A DNA stretch of 64,000 bases. Origin: Sphingomonas sp. (lineage in GTDB: Bacteria > Pseudomonadota > Alphaproteobacteria > Sphingomonadales > Sphingomonadaceae). Both the position numbers and the translations under genes were made by a program. The notes below the pieces were generated by a model. The model worked only from the letters and a program-made list of their open reading frames with translations, ran no database searches and had not been told where the DNA came from. The stretch spans positions 419-64,418 of the forward strand of contig NZ_DATJLI010000153.1 of NCBI RefSeq assembly GCF_035490575.1, given 5' to 3'. Each line of letters begins with the position of its first letter. Position 1 is the stretch's first letter. Below, one piece after another: positions 33,181-41,051 of this stretch.

Positions 33181-33969
33181 TCAGATGTTCTGATTGACAT
33201 ATTTCAGCATTTCATCGGTGGCCGAGATCATCTTGGAATTGACCTCATAGGCGCGTTGCGTCTCGATCATGTCGACCAGTTCCTCGACGACATTGACGTT
33301 CGACCCTTCCAGCATCCCCTGACGAATCTGGCCGCGACCATCCTGTCCGGCGATGCCCAGATTGACGGGACCGCTGGCGGCGGTTTCGGTCAGGTAGTTG
33401 TCGCCCGTCGCCTGCAGGCCGCCGGCGTTGGGAAAGGTCGCGATCTGTACCTGGCCGATCTGCGCGGCGTCGGTCTGCCCCTGGATCGTGGCCGACACGG
33501 TGCCGTCGCTGCCGACGGTGATCGCCGTCGCACCTTCGGGAATGGTGATGCCGGGCATCACCTGATACCCCTCACCGGTGACCAGCAGTCCTTCGGGGGA
33601 GCGCGCGAAATTGCCAGCGCGGGTGTAGCCCAATTGACCGCCCGGCAACTGGATCTGGAAGAAACCTTCGCCGTCCAGTGCCATGTCGAGCGAGTTGCCC
33701 GTCGTTTGCAGCGATCCTTGCGTGTTGATGCGCGCCGTGCCCTGCACATGCACGCCGGTGCCCAGGTTCAGGCCGGTCGCATATTGCGTTTCCGACGTGC
33801 TGGCCGAACCGGCGGCGGTGACGACTTGATAGGCCAGCGTCTCGAAACTCGCCCGGTCGCGCTTGAACCCGGTGGTGTTCACGTTGGCGAGGTTGTTCGA
33901 GATGACGCGCATCCGCATGTCCTGTGCGTCCAGGCCGGTGCGGGCGATGTGCATTGCGGCGTTGCTCAT
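33181..33969 (-). CDS. flgG: Distal rod protein
   Basis: NNLANVNTTGFKR, LEGSNVNVVEELVDMI..RAYEVNSK. Confidence 0.97.
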   Translation of the reverse strand: MSNAAMHIARTGLDAQDMRMRVISNNLANVNTTGFKRDRASFETLAYQVVTAAGSASTSETQYATGLNLGTGVHVQGTARINTQGSLQTTGNSLDMALDGEGFFQIQLPGGQLGYTRAGNFARSPEGLLVTGEGYQVMPGITIPEGATAITVGSDGTVSATIQGQTDAAQIGQVQIATFPNAGGLQATGDNYLTETAASGPVNLGIAGQDGRGQIRQGMLEGSNVNVVEELVDMIETQRAYEVNSKMISATDEMLKYVNQNI

Positions 33970-33981
33970 GGGATCGTCTCC

Positions 33982-34728
33982 TTATCCCTGGACGCGCATC
34001 AGCGATGCGCTCTCTTCGTCCATCTTCTTGGCTTCGGCGAGCAGGTTGGCCTGCACCTCGTAACCGCGCTGGTTGTCGATCATGTCGACCAGCGCCTGTG
34101 TCAGGTTCACGTTCGATTGTTCGAGCGATCCCGCCGCCAGCTTGGCGTCCATGTCGAGCGGCAGGATGCCGCCGCCTTCGACATGCAACAGGTTGTCGAG
34201 GCCCTTGACCGTCTGCGACCCTTCGGGGCTGACCATCTTGATGCGACCGATGGCCTGCATCGCGGTGCCCGGCTCCGCACCCCTGGGGCTGATCGTGACG
34301 GTGCCGTCCTCGGCGATGGCGATCCGGTCATAAGGCGGCACCGTGATCGGCCCGTTTTCCCCCAGGAGCGGCACACCCTCGCCATTTTCGAGCACGCCCG
34401 ACAAGGCCACGTTCAGGTCGCCGCGCCGCGTATAGGCCTCGGTCCCGTCGGGGGCCTGCACCGCGATCCACGAATCGGTGGTCATCGCCACGTCCAGCGG
34501 CCGGCCGGTGGCGACGATCGCCCCCGCCCGCCGGTCGAAATCGGCGACTTCCTCGGCCGCGGGGGACCGCGATTCCAGTCCCTCGCCCTTCAGCATCAGG
34601 CGTTCGAAGCTGACCCGGTCCTGCCGATAGCCGGTGGTGGAGGCGTTCGCGATGTTGTTCGCGATCACCCCTTGCGCGGCCATCTGGCTCTTCAGCCCCG
34701 ACAATGCGGTATAGACCAGCTTGTCCAT
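33982..34728 (-). CDS. flgF: Proximal rod protein
   Basis: NNIANASTTGYR, YTRRGDL, LEQSNVN. Confidence 0.9.
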   Translation of the reverse strand: MDKLVYTALSGLKSQMAAQGVIANNIANASTTGYRQDRVSFERLMLKGEGLESRSPAAEEVADFDRRAGAIVATGRPLDVAMTTDSWIAVQAPDGTEAYTRRGDLNVALSGVLENGEGVPLLGENGPITVPPYDRIAIAEDGTVTISPRGAEPGTAMQAIGRIKMVSPEGSQTVKGLDNLLHVEGGGILPLDMDAKLAAGSLEQSNVNLTQALVDMIDNQRGYEVQANLLAEAKKMDEESASLMRVQG

Positions 34729-34751
34729 CGCTCAGCCCCCCTGCGGCTTCA

Positions 34752-36020
34752 TCAACCGCGGATGTTGAAGATGGTCTGCGAAATCTGGCTGGCGGTATCG
34801 AGCGCCTTGGAATTCGCCTGGAAATTGCGCTGCGCCGCGATCAGCGCGACCAGTTCTTCGGTGATGTCGACATTCGATCCCTCGACAATGCCGCTCATCA
34901 GGCCGCCGAAGCCGTCCCGGCCCGCCTCGCCCAGCATCGGCTGGCCCGACACGCCGGTCGCCGCCCAATAGCTGTTGCCAAGCTGGCGCAGGCCCGTGGG
35001 GTTCGAGAAGTTGGCGAGCGCCACCTTGCCCAGCGCCTGGGTGTCGCCGTTGGAGAAGGTCGCCTGGACCATGCCCTGTTCATCGACGGCGACCGATTCG
35101 AGCCGGCCGACGGCCGAACCATTCTGGTTGCGCGTGTTGACGGCAAAGGGCGACGCCATCTGGGCCGAGCCGGTGAAATCCATCGCCACCGCCAGCTCGG
35201 CGGTCGACCCGGCGGGCGTGAAGGGCGCGAACTGCGTCGGCGCGGTCGGCGCGGTCATCAGGCCGTTGGCATCGAACGTCAGCGTGATCGGCGCGGGTGC
35301 GGCCGGATCGGCCATCAGCGCGGTATCGCCGACATAGGTATGGACCTGCCACTGGCTGGTCGGATCGGCGACGGTGGGCGCCTGGGTCCGCACGAAATAG
35401 CTGGTCATCGTCACCGGATTGCCCGTGGCGTCATAGATCGTCGTCTGGGTCGAGCTGTTGTAGCTGCTGGCGTCGAAACGGTCGAACGTCGCCGTCGGCA
35501 GCGCGGCGCTGGCGTTCAGCGTCACGTCGAGGCCGACGGCGCTGGTGGGCACCGGCGTGCCGCTGGTTTCGGGCAGGCGGAGGCTGATAAGGCCGTCGGC
35601 GCCGCTGGCGACCACCGCGCCCGATCCGTCGACCGGATAAACCTGAAGATGCCCGCCATTGCCGTCGACGACATAACGGTCGGGATCGACGACGAAGCCG
35701 CCGTTGCGGGTATAGTTGAGCTGCTCGGAATCGACCGTGCCCTTGGTTGCGAAAAAGCCGTCGCCCGACACCACCAGGTCCAGCGCGCCGCCGGTCTGGA
35801 TCAGGTTGCCCTGGGCGAATTGCTGGCGGATCGCCTTGGTCACGACGCCCGCGCCGACCTGCGCGTTCGGGTTGGTGCTGACGCTGGAGGCGATCACGTC
35901 GCCGAATTCGACGCGGCTCTTCTTGAAACCGTCGGTCGCGACGTTCGCCAGATTGTGGCTGATCGTCGACATTTCCTTCTGGCTGGCCTGAAGCCCGCTG
36001 AGCGAGGTGTAGAAGGACAT
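34752..36020 (-). CDS. flgE: Hook protein
   Basis: SFYTSLSGL, NLANVATDGFKK, EGSNVDITEELV. Confidence 0.95.
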   Translation of the reverse strand: MSFYTSLSGLQASQKEMSTISHNLANVATDGFKKSRVEFGDVIASSVSTNPNAQVGAGVVTKAIRQQFAQGNLIQTGGALDLVVSGDGFFATKGTVDSEQLNYTRNGGFVVDPDRYVVDGNGGHLQVYPVDGSGAVVASGADGLISLRLPETSGTPVPTSAVGLDVTLNASAALPTATFDRFDASSYNSSTQTTIYDATGNPVTMTSYFVRTQAPTVADPTSQWQVHTYVGDTALMADPAAPAPITLTFDANGLMTAPTAPTQFAPFTPAGSTAELAVAMDFTGSAQMASPFAVNTRNQNGSAVGRLESVAVDEQGMVQATFSNGDTQALGKVALANFSNPTGLRQLGNSYWAATGVSGQPMLGEAGRDGFGGLMSGIVEGSNVDITEELVALIAAQRNFQANSKALDTASQISQTIFNIRG

Positions 36021-36047
36021 CTTGTTGCTTCCTTTCGCGAAATGGGT

Positions 36048-36731
36048 TCAGCCGACCGAACGGACGGCGCTGGCATTGACCTGACCAATACCGGGCAGGC
36101 TGAGCATGGGTTGGCCGCCGACGACCGACACCGACGTAACCGGCGCCCAGACCAGGCTGCGCGCGGTGACGGGTGCCGCGCCGCTGCGCGCACTGACGGA
36201 AATGGCAAAGGGTCCGTCGCCCGCATCGACGCCGGCCTCGGTCGTGCCGTCCCAGTCGAACGTCGCGGTGCCCGCGCGCTGCTGGCCCAGTTCGATCTGC
36301 TTGAGCACGCCGCCATTGGCATCGCTGATGGTGACGGTCACGTCGGTCGCCGCGCCGTCGAGTTCGACCGCGCCCTCCAGCCCCCCGGTCGAGCGCGGCC
36401 ATGCCACCGACCCTTCAGTCAGCACGGTGCGCCCGGCCCAGCCGATCGCGTCGTCCATTGTCGTCGCGCCCAGCCGTTCGGCGATGCTGCTGAGCGTCGA
36501 GGACATTTCGGTAATTCCCGCCAGTGACGAGAATTGCGCCATCTGGGCGACCATCTGAGTGTTGTCGACGGGTTCAAACGGATCCTGGTTCCGGAGCTGG
36601 GCCGTCATCAGCTCAAGGAAATCGGACTGGTCCATCGTCTGGTTCTGCGTGCGCGTGACCGTTTCGGTCGTCGTCGCGTTCGAACGATTGATGTTCAGGC
36701 TGGACAGCGTGCTGTCAAAGCTCGTGGTCAT
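36048..36731 (-). CDS. flgD: Hook-capping protein
   Basis: DFLELMTAQLRNQDPFEP..AQMAQFS. Confidence 0.95.
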   Translation of the reverse strand: MTTSFDSTLSSLNINRSNATTTETVTRTQNQTMDQSDFLELMTAQLRNQDPFEPVDNTQMVAQMAQFSSLAGITEMSSTLSSIAERLGATTMDDAIGWAGRTVLTEGSVAWPRSTGGLEGAVELDGAATDVTVTISDANGGVLKQIELGQQRAGTATFDWDGTTEAGVDAGDGPFAISVSARSGAAPVTARSLVWAPVTSVSVVGGQPMLSLPGIGQVNASAVRSVG

Positions 36732-36733
36732 GG

Positions 36734-37153
36734 TCAGCGTCCCAGCCGGAGGGTTTCGGTTATCAGCGACTTGGCCGTCTGCATCACCTCGACATTGTTC
36801 TGGTAGGTGCGCGCGGCTTCCATCATGTCGACCAGTTCGCGCGTTTCATCGACCGCCGCTTCCCAGACATTGCCATCGGCATCGGCCAGCGGATTGCCGG
36901 GGTCGTGGCGCTTGGTGGGCGCTTCGCCCGCGCTCATCACCTTTTCGACATCGACCGTCGCCATGTTGCTCGCCGCGTCGAAATGCGTGCGGAACACCGG
37001 CTTCATCGTGCGATAGGCGGCGGCCTCGCTGGTGGCGACGGCGCCGGCATTGGCCAGGTTCGACGCGGTGGTGTTCATCCGCACCAGTTGCGCCGACATG
37101 GCGCGGCCGGAGACCTGGAAGATGTTGAGCGGGTTGCTGCCGGCCATGGTCAT
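36734..37153 (-). CDS. flgC: Rod protein
   Basis: RMNTTASNLANA, PLADADG, MMEAARTYQNN. Confidence 0.95.
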   Translation of the reverse strand: MTMAGSNPLNIFQVSGRAMSAQLVRMNTTASNLANAGAVATSEAAAYRTMKPVFRTHFDAASNMATVDVEKVMSAGEAPTKRHDPGNPLADADGNVWEAAVDETRELVDMMEAARTYQNNVEVMQTAKSLITETLRLGR

Positions 37154-37503
37154 TCGCCCTTCAGCGCGCGGGTGATGGTGTTGATGCGGCCGTTCAGGAA
37201 CGACAGCGTCGTCTGATACGCGACGGCGTTTTCGGCAAAGGCGGTCTGCTCGGTCGAAAGCTCGACGGTGTTGCCGTCGATCGACGCCTGCGTCGGCACG
37301 CGATATTTGGTGGCCGCCCCGATCGCCATGTCGGTGCGCCCGCCCGGCGCCTCGGCCCCGCGCAGCGCCGCCTGGAAATCAATGTCCTTGGCTTGATAGC
37401 CCGGCGTCGACGCATTCGCGATGTTCGACGCCAATTGCCCCATGCGCTGCGACCGGACGGCCAGCGCGGTGCCGTGGATGCCGAAAAGTCCTTCATTCGC
37501 CAT
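37150..37503 (-). CDS. flgB: Rod protein
   Basis: NIANASTPGYQAKD, DGNTVEL; start at MANEGLFG. Confidence 0.95.
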   Translation of the reverse strand: MANEGLFGIHGTALAVRSQRMGQLASNIANASTPGYQAKDIDFQAALRGAEAPGGRTDMAIGAATKYRVPTQASIDGNTVELSTEQTAFAENAVAYQTTLSFLNGRINTITRALKGE

Positions 37504-37553
37504 ATGCCCCGCGCCCTCCTTTCCGGCGCTCACGATCATTCGCGGATGATCCA

Positions 37554-37568
37554 GCAAGGGGCGTGCCA
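37554..37568 (-). promoter_or_regulatory. sigma54 promoter for the flgB operon
   Basis: TGGCACGCCCCTTGC, exact -24/-12 consensus. Confidence 0.85.
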
Positions 37569-37602
37569 GTTTCCATGGCGGCATCGACAAAGCATCAATA
37601 TC

Positions 37603-37629
37603 GCCGCCGACCGGCAAGCGCTTGCCGCC
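37603..37629. repeat. 27-nt repeat, copy 1, with perfect 16-bp palindrome CGGCAAGCGCTTGCCG
   Basis: GCCGCCGACCGGCAAGCGCTTGCCGCC; 25/27 identical to 38816-38842. Confidence 0.8.
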
Positions 37630-37657
37630 TACCCGGCAAGCGGCAACCGGACGGCAA

Positions 37658-37672
37658 TGGCACGGCTCTTGC
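37658..37672 (+). promoter_or_regulatory. sigma54 promoter for the second stator-flgA operon
   Basis: TGGCACGGCTCTTGC; ATG lies 14 nt after the -12 GC, implying a near-leaderless mRNA. Confidence 0.85.
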
Positions 37673-37685
37673 GTGAACGACGCGC

Positions 37686-38327
37686 ATGAACCCGCTTGCG
37701 ACCTTTGCCGATCCCATCGCCGCGCTCGTCGTGCTGGGCGGCGTGGCGGCCGCCACGCTCGTCCGCTTTCCCGTGCGCCAGATCGCGCTGGGCCTGTCGG
37801 CACTGGCCATGCTGCCACGCCGGGTGCCGCGCATGGACGACATGATCGAACAGATCGCCGCGCTTGGCCGCATCGCGCGCAAGCATGGCGTGATGGCGCT
37901 CGACAAGTCGGTCATCGACGATTCCGATGTGTCGCTGGCGGTGCGGATGATCGTCGATGGCGATGCGCCGGATGCCGTGCGCCAGGCCGTCGTCCGCGCG
38001 CGCGAGATGCGGATCGAACGACAGCTTGCCGCCGCCGAAATCTGGTCGAGCATTGCCGAGGCGGCACCCGCATTCGGCCTGATCGGCACGATCATCGGCC
38101 TGGTGCGGATGTTCACCGCGATGCAGGACCCTGCCGCTATCGGTCCCGGCATGGCGGTCGCGCTGCTCGCCACGCTTTACGGCGCGGTCATCGGCAATCT
38201 GATCGCGCAACCGATCGCCGGCCGCCTGCGCCGCTTGGCGCGCGACGAGGCGTTCGAGCGCGAACGGATCGAGGCGCCGCTCCATGCCCTTGCCCGGCGC
38301 GAGCGGCCACGCGGGATCGCGGCATGA
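37686..38327 (+). CDS. PomA/MotA-like stator subunit lacking TM1
   Basis: IARKHGVMALD, APAFGLIGTIIGLV, IGPGMAVALLATLYG; in-frame TGA at 37674-37676 rules out N-terminal extension. Confidence 0.85.
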   Translation: MNPLATFADPIAALVVLGGVAAATLVRFPVRQIALGLSALAMLPRRVPRMDDMIEQIAALGRIARKHGVMALDKSVIDDSDVSLAVRMIVDGDAPDAVRQAVVRAREMRIERQLAAAEIWSSIAEAAPAFGLIGTIIGLVRMFTAMQDPAAIGPGMAVALLATLYGAVIGNLIAQPIAGRLRRLARDEAFERERIEAPLHALARRERPRGIAA

Positions 38328-38884
38328 TCGACCAGCGTTTCGACAGCGAGCAGCAGCGCCCGCTATGGCTCATCACGCTCGCCGATCTGTGCCTGTTGCT
38401 GGTCGGCTTCTTCGTGCTGCTTCAGGCCAGCCAGCTCGATCGGCGACAACTGGCCGCCGCCATCCGGGAGGGGTTCGACGTCGCACCGCCCGCCCCCGCG
38501 CCGTTTCCGCTCGACCGCGCCGCCCTGCGCGATTTTGCCGCCGGTGATGCGAGCCTGCCAGGGTTCGACCATCTGGTCGGCTGGGCGCGCGAGGCGGCCG
38601 CCGATCCACGCACCGTCGTGACCGTCACCGGATCGACCGACGGCAGCGCCGCCGACCGCGATCCTTTGACCGACAGCGCTCCGATCCTGGCCGCCGATCG
38701 CGCGCGCGCGGTCGCCGCGGCGCTGGTGCGCGCGGGCGCCGTCGGGCGCGACCGCATCGTGCTTTCCACCGATCCCGAAACCCATGGCCGGCATGTGCTG
38801 GTCTCGGTCGGCTTTGCCGGCGACCGGCAAGCACTTGCCGCCCGGCAACGCCCGCTTGCCGCCCAATCAGGAGCGAACCCATGA
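38324..38884 (+). CDS. Short PomB/MotB-like stator subunit
   Basis: WLITLADLCLLLVGFFVLL with the conserved Asp; degenerate OmpA-like region (VTGSTD..LAADRARAVAAAL). Confidence 0.75.
   Translation: MIDQRFDSEQQRPLWLITLADLCLLLVGFFVLLQASQLDRRQLAAAIREGFDVAPPAPAPFPLDRAALRDFAAGDASLPGFDHLVGWAREAAADPRTVVTVTGSTDGSAADRDPLTDSAPILAADRARAVAAALVRAGAVGRDRIVLSTDPETHGRHVLVSVGFAGDRQALAARQRPLAAQSGANP
38816..38842. repeat. 27-nt repeat, copy 2 (CGGCAAGCACTTGCCG core)
   Basis: GCCGGCGACCGGCAAGCACTTGCCGCC, followed by further GGCAA/TTGCC half-sites. Confidence 0.8.
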
Positions 38885-39402
38885 TCCCCGCCCTTTTGCT
38901 GCTGGCGATTGCCGCCGCCCCCGATTTTCAGTCGACCGCGCTGCTCGACACCGCAGTCGAGCAATTTACCGGCCACGCCATCGGCGAGGATGGTGGCGCG
39001 CTGACGCGCGTCGACACCCGGCTGAAACTGGCCTCGTGTCCGATGCCGCAATTCGAATGGCGCGGAACGGCGCGCGATGCGGTCGTCGTGCGCTGCATGG
39101 CGCCGGTGTGGCGCATCTATGTGCCGGTCAAGTCGCCAAAGTCCGCCCCGCGCCCGATGATCGCGGCATCCGCCCCGGCGCCGATCGCGGCGGCGGCAAA
39201 ACCCGAAATCGTCGTCAAGCGCGGTGATCCCGTGACGGTCGCGGCGGGTTCGGCTGGCTTTTCGATCACCCGCGACGGGGTGGCGATGGGCGACGCGCCG
39301 CGCGGCGGCCGGTTGATGGTGCGCGTCGATCCGCGCAAGCCGCCGATTCAGGCGGTTGCGGTGGACGCCGGCCGCGTCACCCTGCCGGGCTGGACCGACT
39401 GA
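38881..39402 (+). CDS. flgA: P-ring assembly chaperone
   Basis: Signal peptide, DTRLKLASC, VVKRGDPVTV, position in the cluster. Confidence 0.8.
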   Translation: MIPALLLLAIAAAPDFQSTALLDTAVEQFTGHAIGEDGGALTRVDTRLKLASCPMPQFEWRGTARDAVVVRCMAPVWRIYVPVKSPKSAPRPMIAASAPAPIAAAAKPEIVVKRGDPVTVAAGSAGFSITRDGVAMGDAPRGGRLMVRVDPRKPPIQAVAVDAGRVTLPGWTD

Positions 39403-39445
39403 CGGCGCCCGGCGCGATTTTTTTCGCCAAGCCGTCAATTTTTCC

Positions 39446-39472
39446 TAAACCCCGCCGCGCGCCGGTCGTTAC
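39446..39472 (+). promoter_or_regulatory. Candidate sigma28 (FliA) promoter for flgM-flgN
   Basis: TAAA-N15-GTCGTTAC versus the TAAA-N15-GCCGATAA consensus. Confidence 0.55.
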
Positions 39473-39501
39473 CTCCCCTGTCAGACACGCGAACGAAAGC
39501 G

Positions 39502-39798
39502 ATGACGATGGTGGACCCGATCGGTTCGAAGCTCAACAAGGTCGCACTGGCGCCCGTCGCGCCGGTCAAGGCCGCTGCACGCGCCGCGACCGTTGCGGAT
39601 GCCAAGGTCGAAACCGGGGCCGCTTCGTCGATGATGGCGACCGCGCGCGATCTGGCCAGCGAACCGCCGGTCGATAGTGACCGCGTGGCGCGTATCCGGA
39701 AGGCCGTCGCCGATGGCAGCTTCCCGATCGTGCCGACGACGATCGCTGACCGCCTTCTTGCCTTCAAGCTGAACTGGAAGCCCGATGAACCGGCGTGA
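39502..39798 (+). CDS. flgM: Anti-sigma28 factor
   Basis: 98 aa, VDSDRVARIRKAVADGSF, follows flgA. Confidence 0.85.
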   Translation: MTMVDPIGSKLNKVALAPVAPVKAAARAATVADAKVETGAASSMMATARDLASEPPVDSDRVARIRKAVADGSFPIVPTTIADRLLAFKLNWKPDEPA

Positions 39799-40090
39799 CG
39801 CTCTTGTTCAGGTGATCGAGTGCCTGCACGCAGAAATCGCGGCGCTGAAGGCCAATGACTCGCGCGCGCTGGAACGCGCGACCTCGGCCAAGCTGGGCCA
39901 TATCGACATGGTTGCCGCCTGTGACGGCGAACCCATGACCGACGAGATGCGCGCACTAGCGCACGAGGCGCAGCGGCTGAATGAAACCGCGCGCATCTAT
40001 GTCAACCTGATGGCGGCAAACGTCCGCCGCCGGCTGCAGTCGCTTGCCGGTCAGGCCGTCACCCCATATCGCGCGACTGCCTTCGCCTGA
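39785..40090 (+). CDS. flgN: FlgN-like export chaperone
   Basis: 101 aa helical protein after flgM (AQRLNETA..NL); assigned mainly by synteny. Confidence 0.6.
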   Translation: MNRRDALVQVIECLHAEIAALKANDSRALERATSAKLGHIDMVAACDGEPMTDEMRALAHEAQRLNETARIYVNLMAANVRRRLQSLAGQAVTPYRATAFA

Positions 40091-40115
40091 CCTGACGGGG
40101 CCACCGCCCCGCGAT

Positions 40116-40130
40116 TGGCACGCCCTTTGC
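40116..40130 (+). promoter_or_regulatory. sigma54 promoter for slt-flhA-fliA
   Basis: TGGCACGCCCTTTGC. Confidence 0.85.
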
Positions 40131-40163
40131 TGGTGAAACCCCGAACACGGGGGCTTACCGGCA

Positions 40164-41051
40164 ATGAACATGCGTGTCGCAACCGCGACAGACATTCCGC
40201 AGACGAAAAGTCCGCATTCGGCGATCGCCGAGGCGAGCCGTCGCACGGGCGTCGACTTCACCTATCTTCTGGGTCAGGCGCAGATCGAAAGCGGGATGCG
40301 CGCCAATGCCCGCGCACGCACGTCCTCGGCCACGGGTCTCTACCAGTTCATCGAACAGAGCTGGCTGGGCGTCATGAAGGAACATGGTGCCGAACACGGC
40401 CTCGGCTGGGCGTCGGAGAGCATCCAGCGCGGCGCGAATGGCCGCTATCACGTGCCCGATGCCGGTATGCGCCGCGCGATCCTTGACCTGCGGCGCGATC
40501 CGCGCGCCGCTTCGCTGATGGCCGCCGAACATGCCAGCGACAACAAGGCCGCACTCGAATCGATGCTGGGGCGCGAAGCGAACGGCACCGATCTATACAT
40601 GGCGCATTTCCTGGGCCTGGGCGGCGCAAAGCAGTTTCTGGGCGCGATGCAGGCCGCTCCAGGACGCAGTGGCGCGTCGATGTTTCCCGCCGCCGCCGCC
40701 GCCAATCGCAGTATCTTCTATGCCGATGGCGGACGCGCCCGCTCGCTGGGTGAAATCTATGACCGGTTCGCGGGCAAGCTGGATCGCGGCGCCGAAGTCG
40801 CATCGCGCGCGCTGCCCGACGGCATGGCGCTGGCCAGTGCCGATGCCCCGGCCCGGATTCCCGGCGTCGACGTAATCCTGGGCAACGGCGCGGCCGATGG
40901 CGACACCAACTGGCTTGAGACCACGCTCGCCAATCTGAACGTGGTCCGTGCCCAGCCGCGCGACGCGCTGGCCGGACGCGCCAGCCCGTATCGCCCGACG
41001 CCGGAAACCGCGCGTCTCGCCTATCTCATGCTCGCCAATCTGGGGGCCTGA
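40164..41051 (+). CDS. SLT-family lytic transglycosylase, flagellar
   Basis: AQIESG catalytic Glu, SSATGLYQFI, YMAHFLG. Confidence 0.85.
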   Translation: MNMRVATATDIPQTKSPHSAIAEASRRTGVDFTYLLGQAQIESGMRANARARTSSATGLYQFIEQSWLGVMKEHGAEHGLGWASESIQRGANGRYHVPDAGMRRAILDLRRDPRAASLMAAEHASDNKAALESMLGREANGTDLYMAHFLGLGGAKQFLGAMQAAPGRSGASMFPAAAAANRSIFYADGGRARSLGEIYDRFAGKLDRGAEVASRALPDGMALASADAPARIPGVDVILGNGAADGDTNWLETTLANLNVVRAQPRDALAGRASPYRPTPETARLAYLMLANLGA

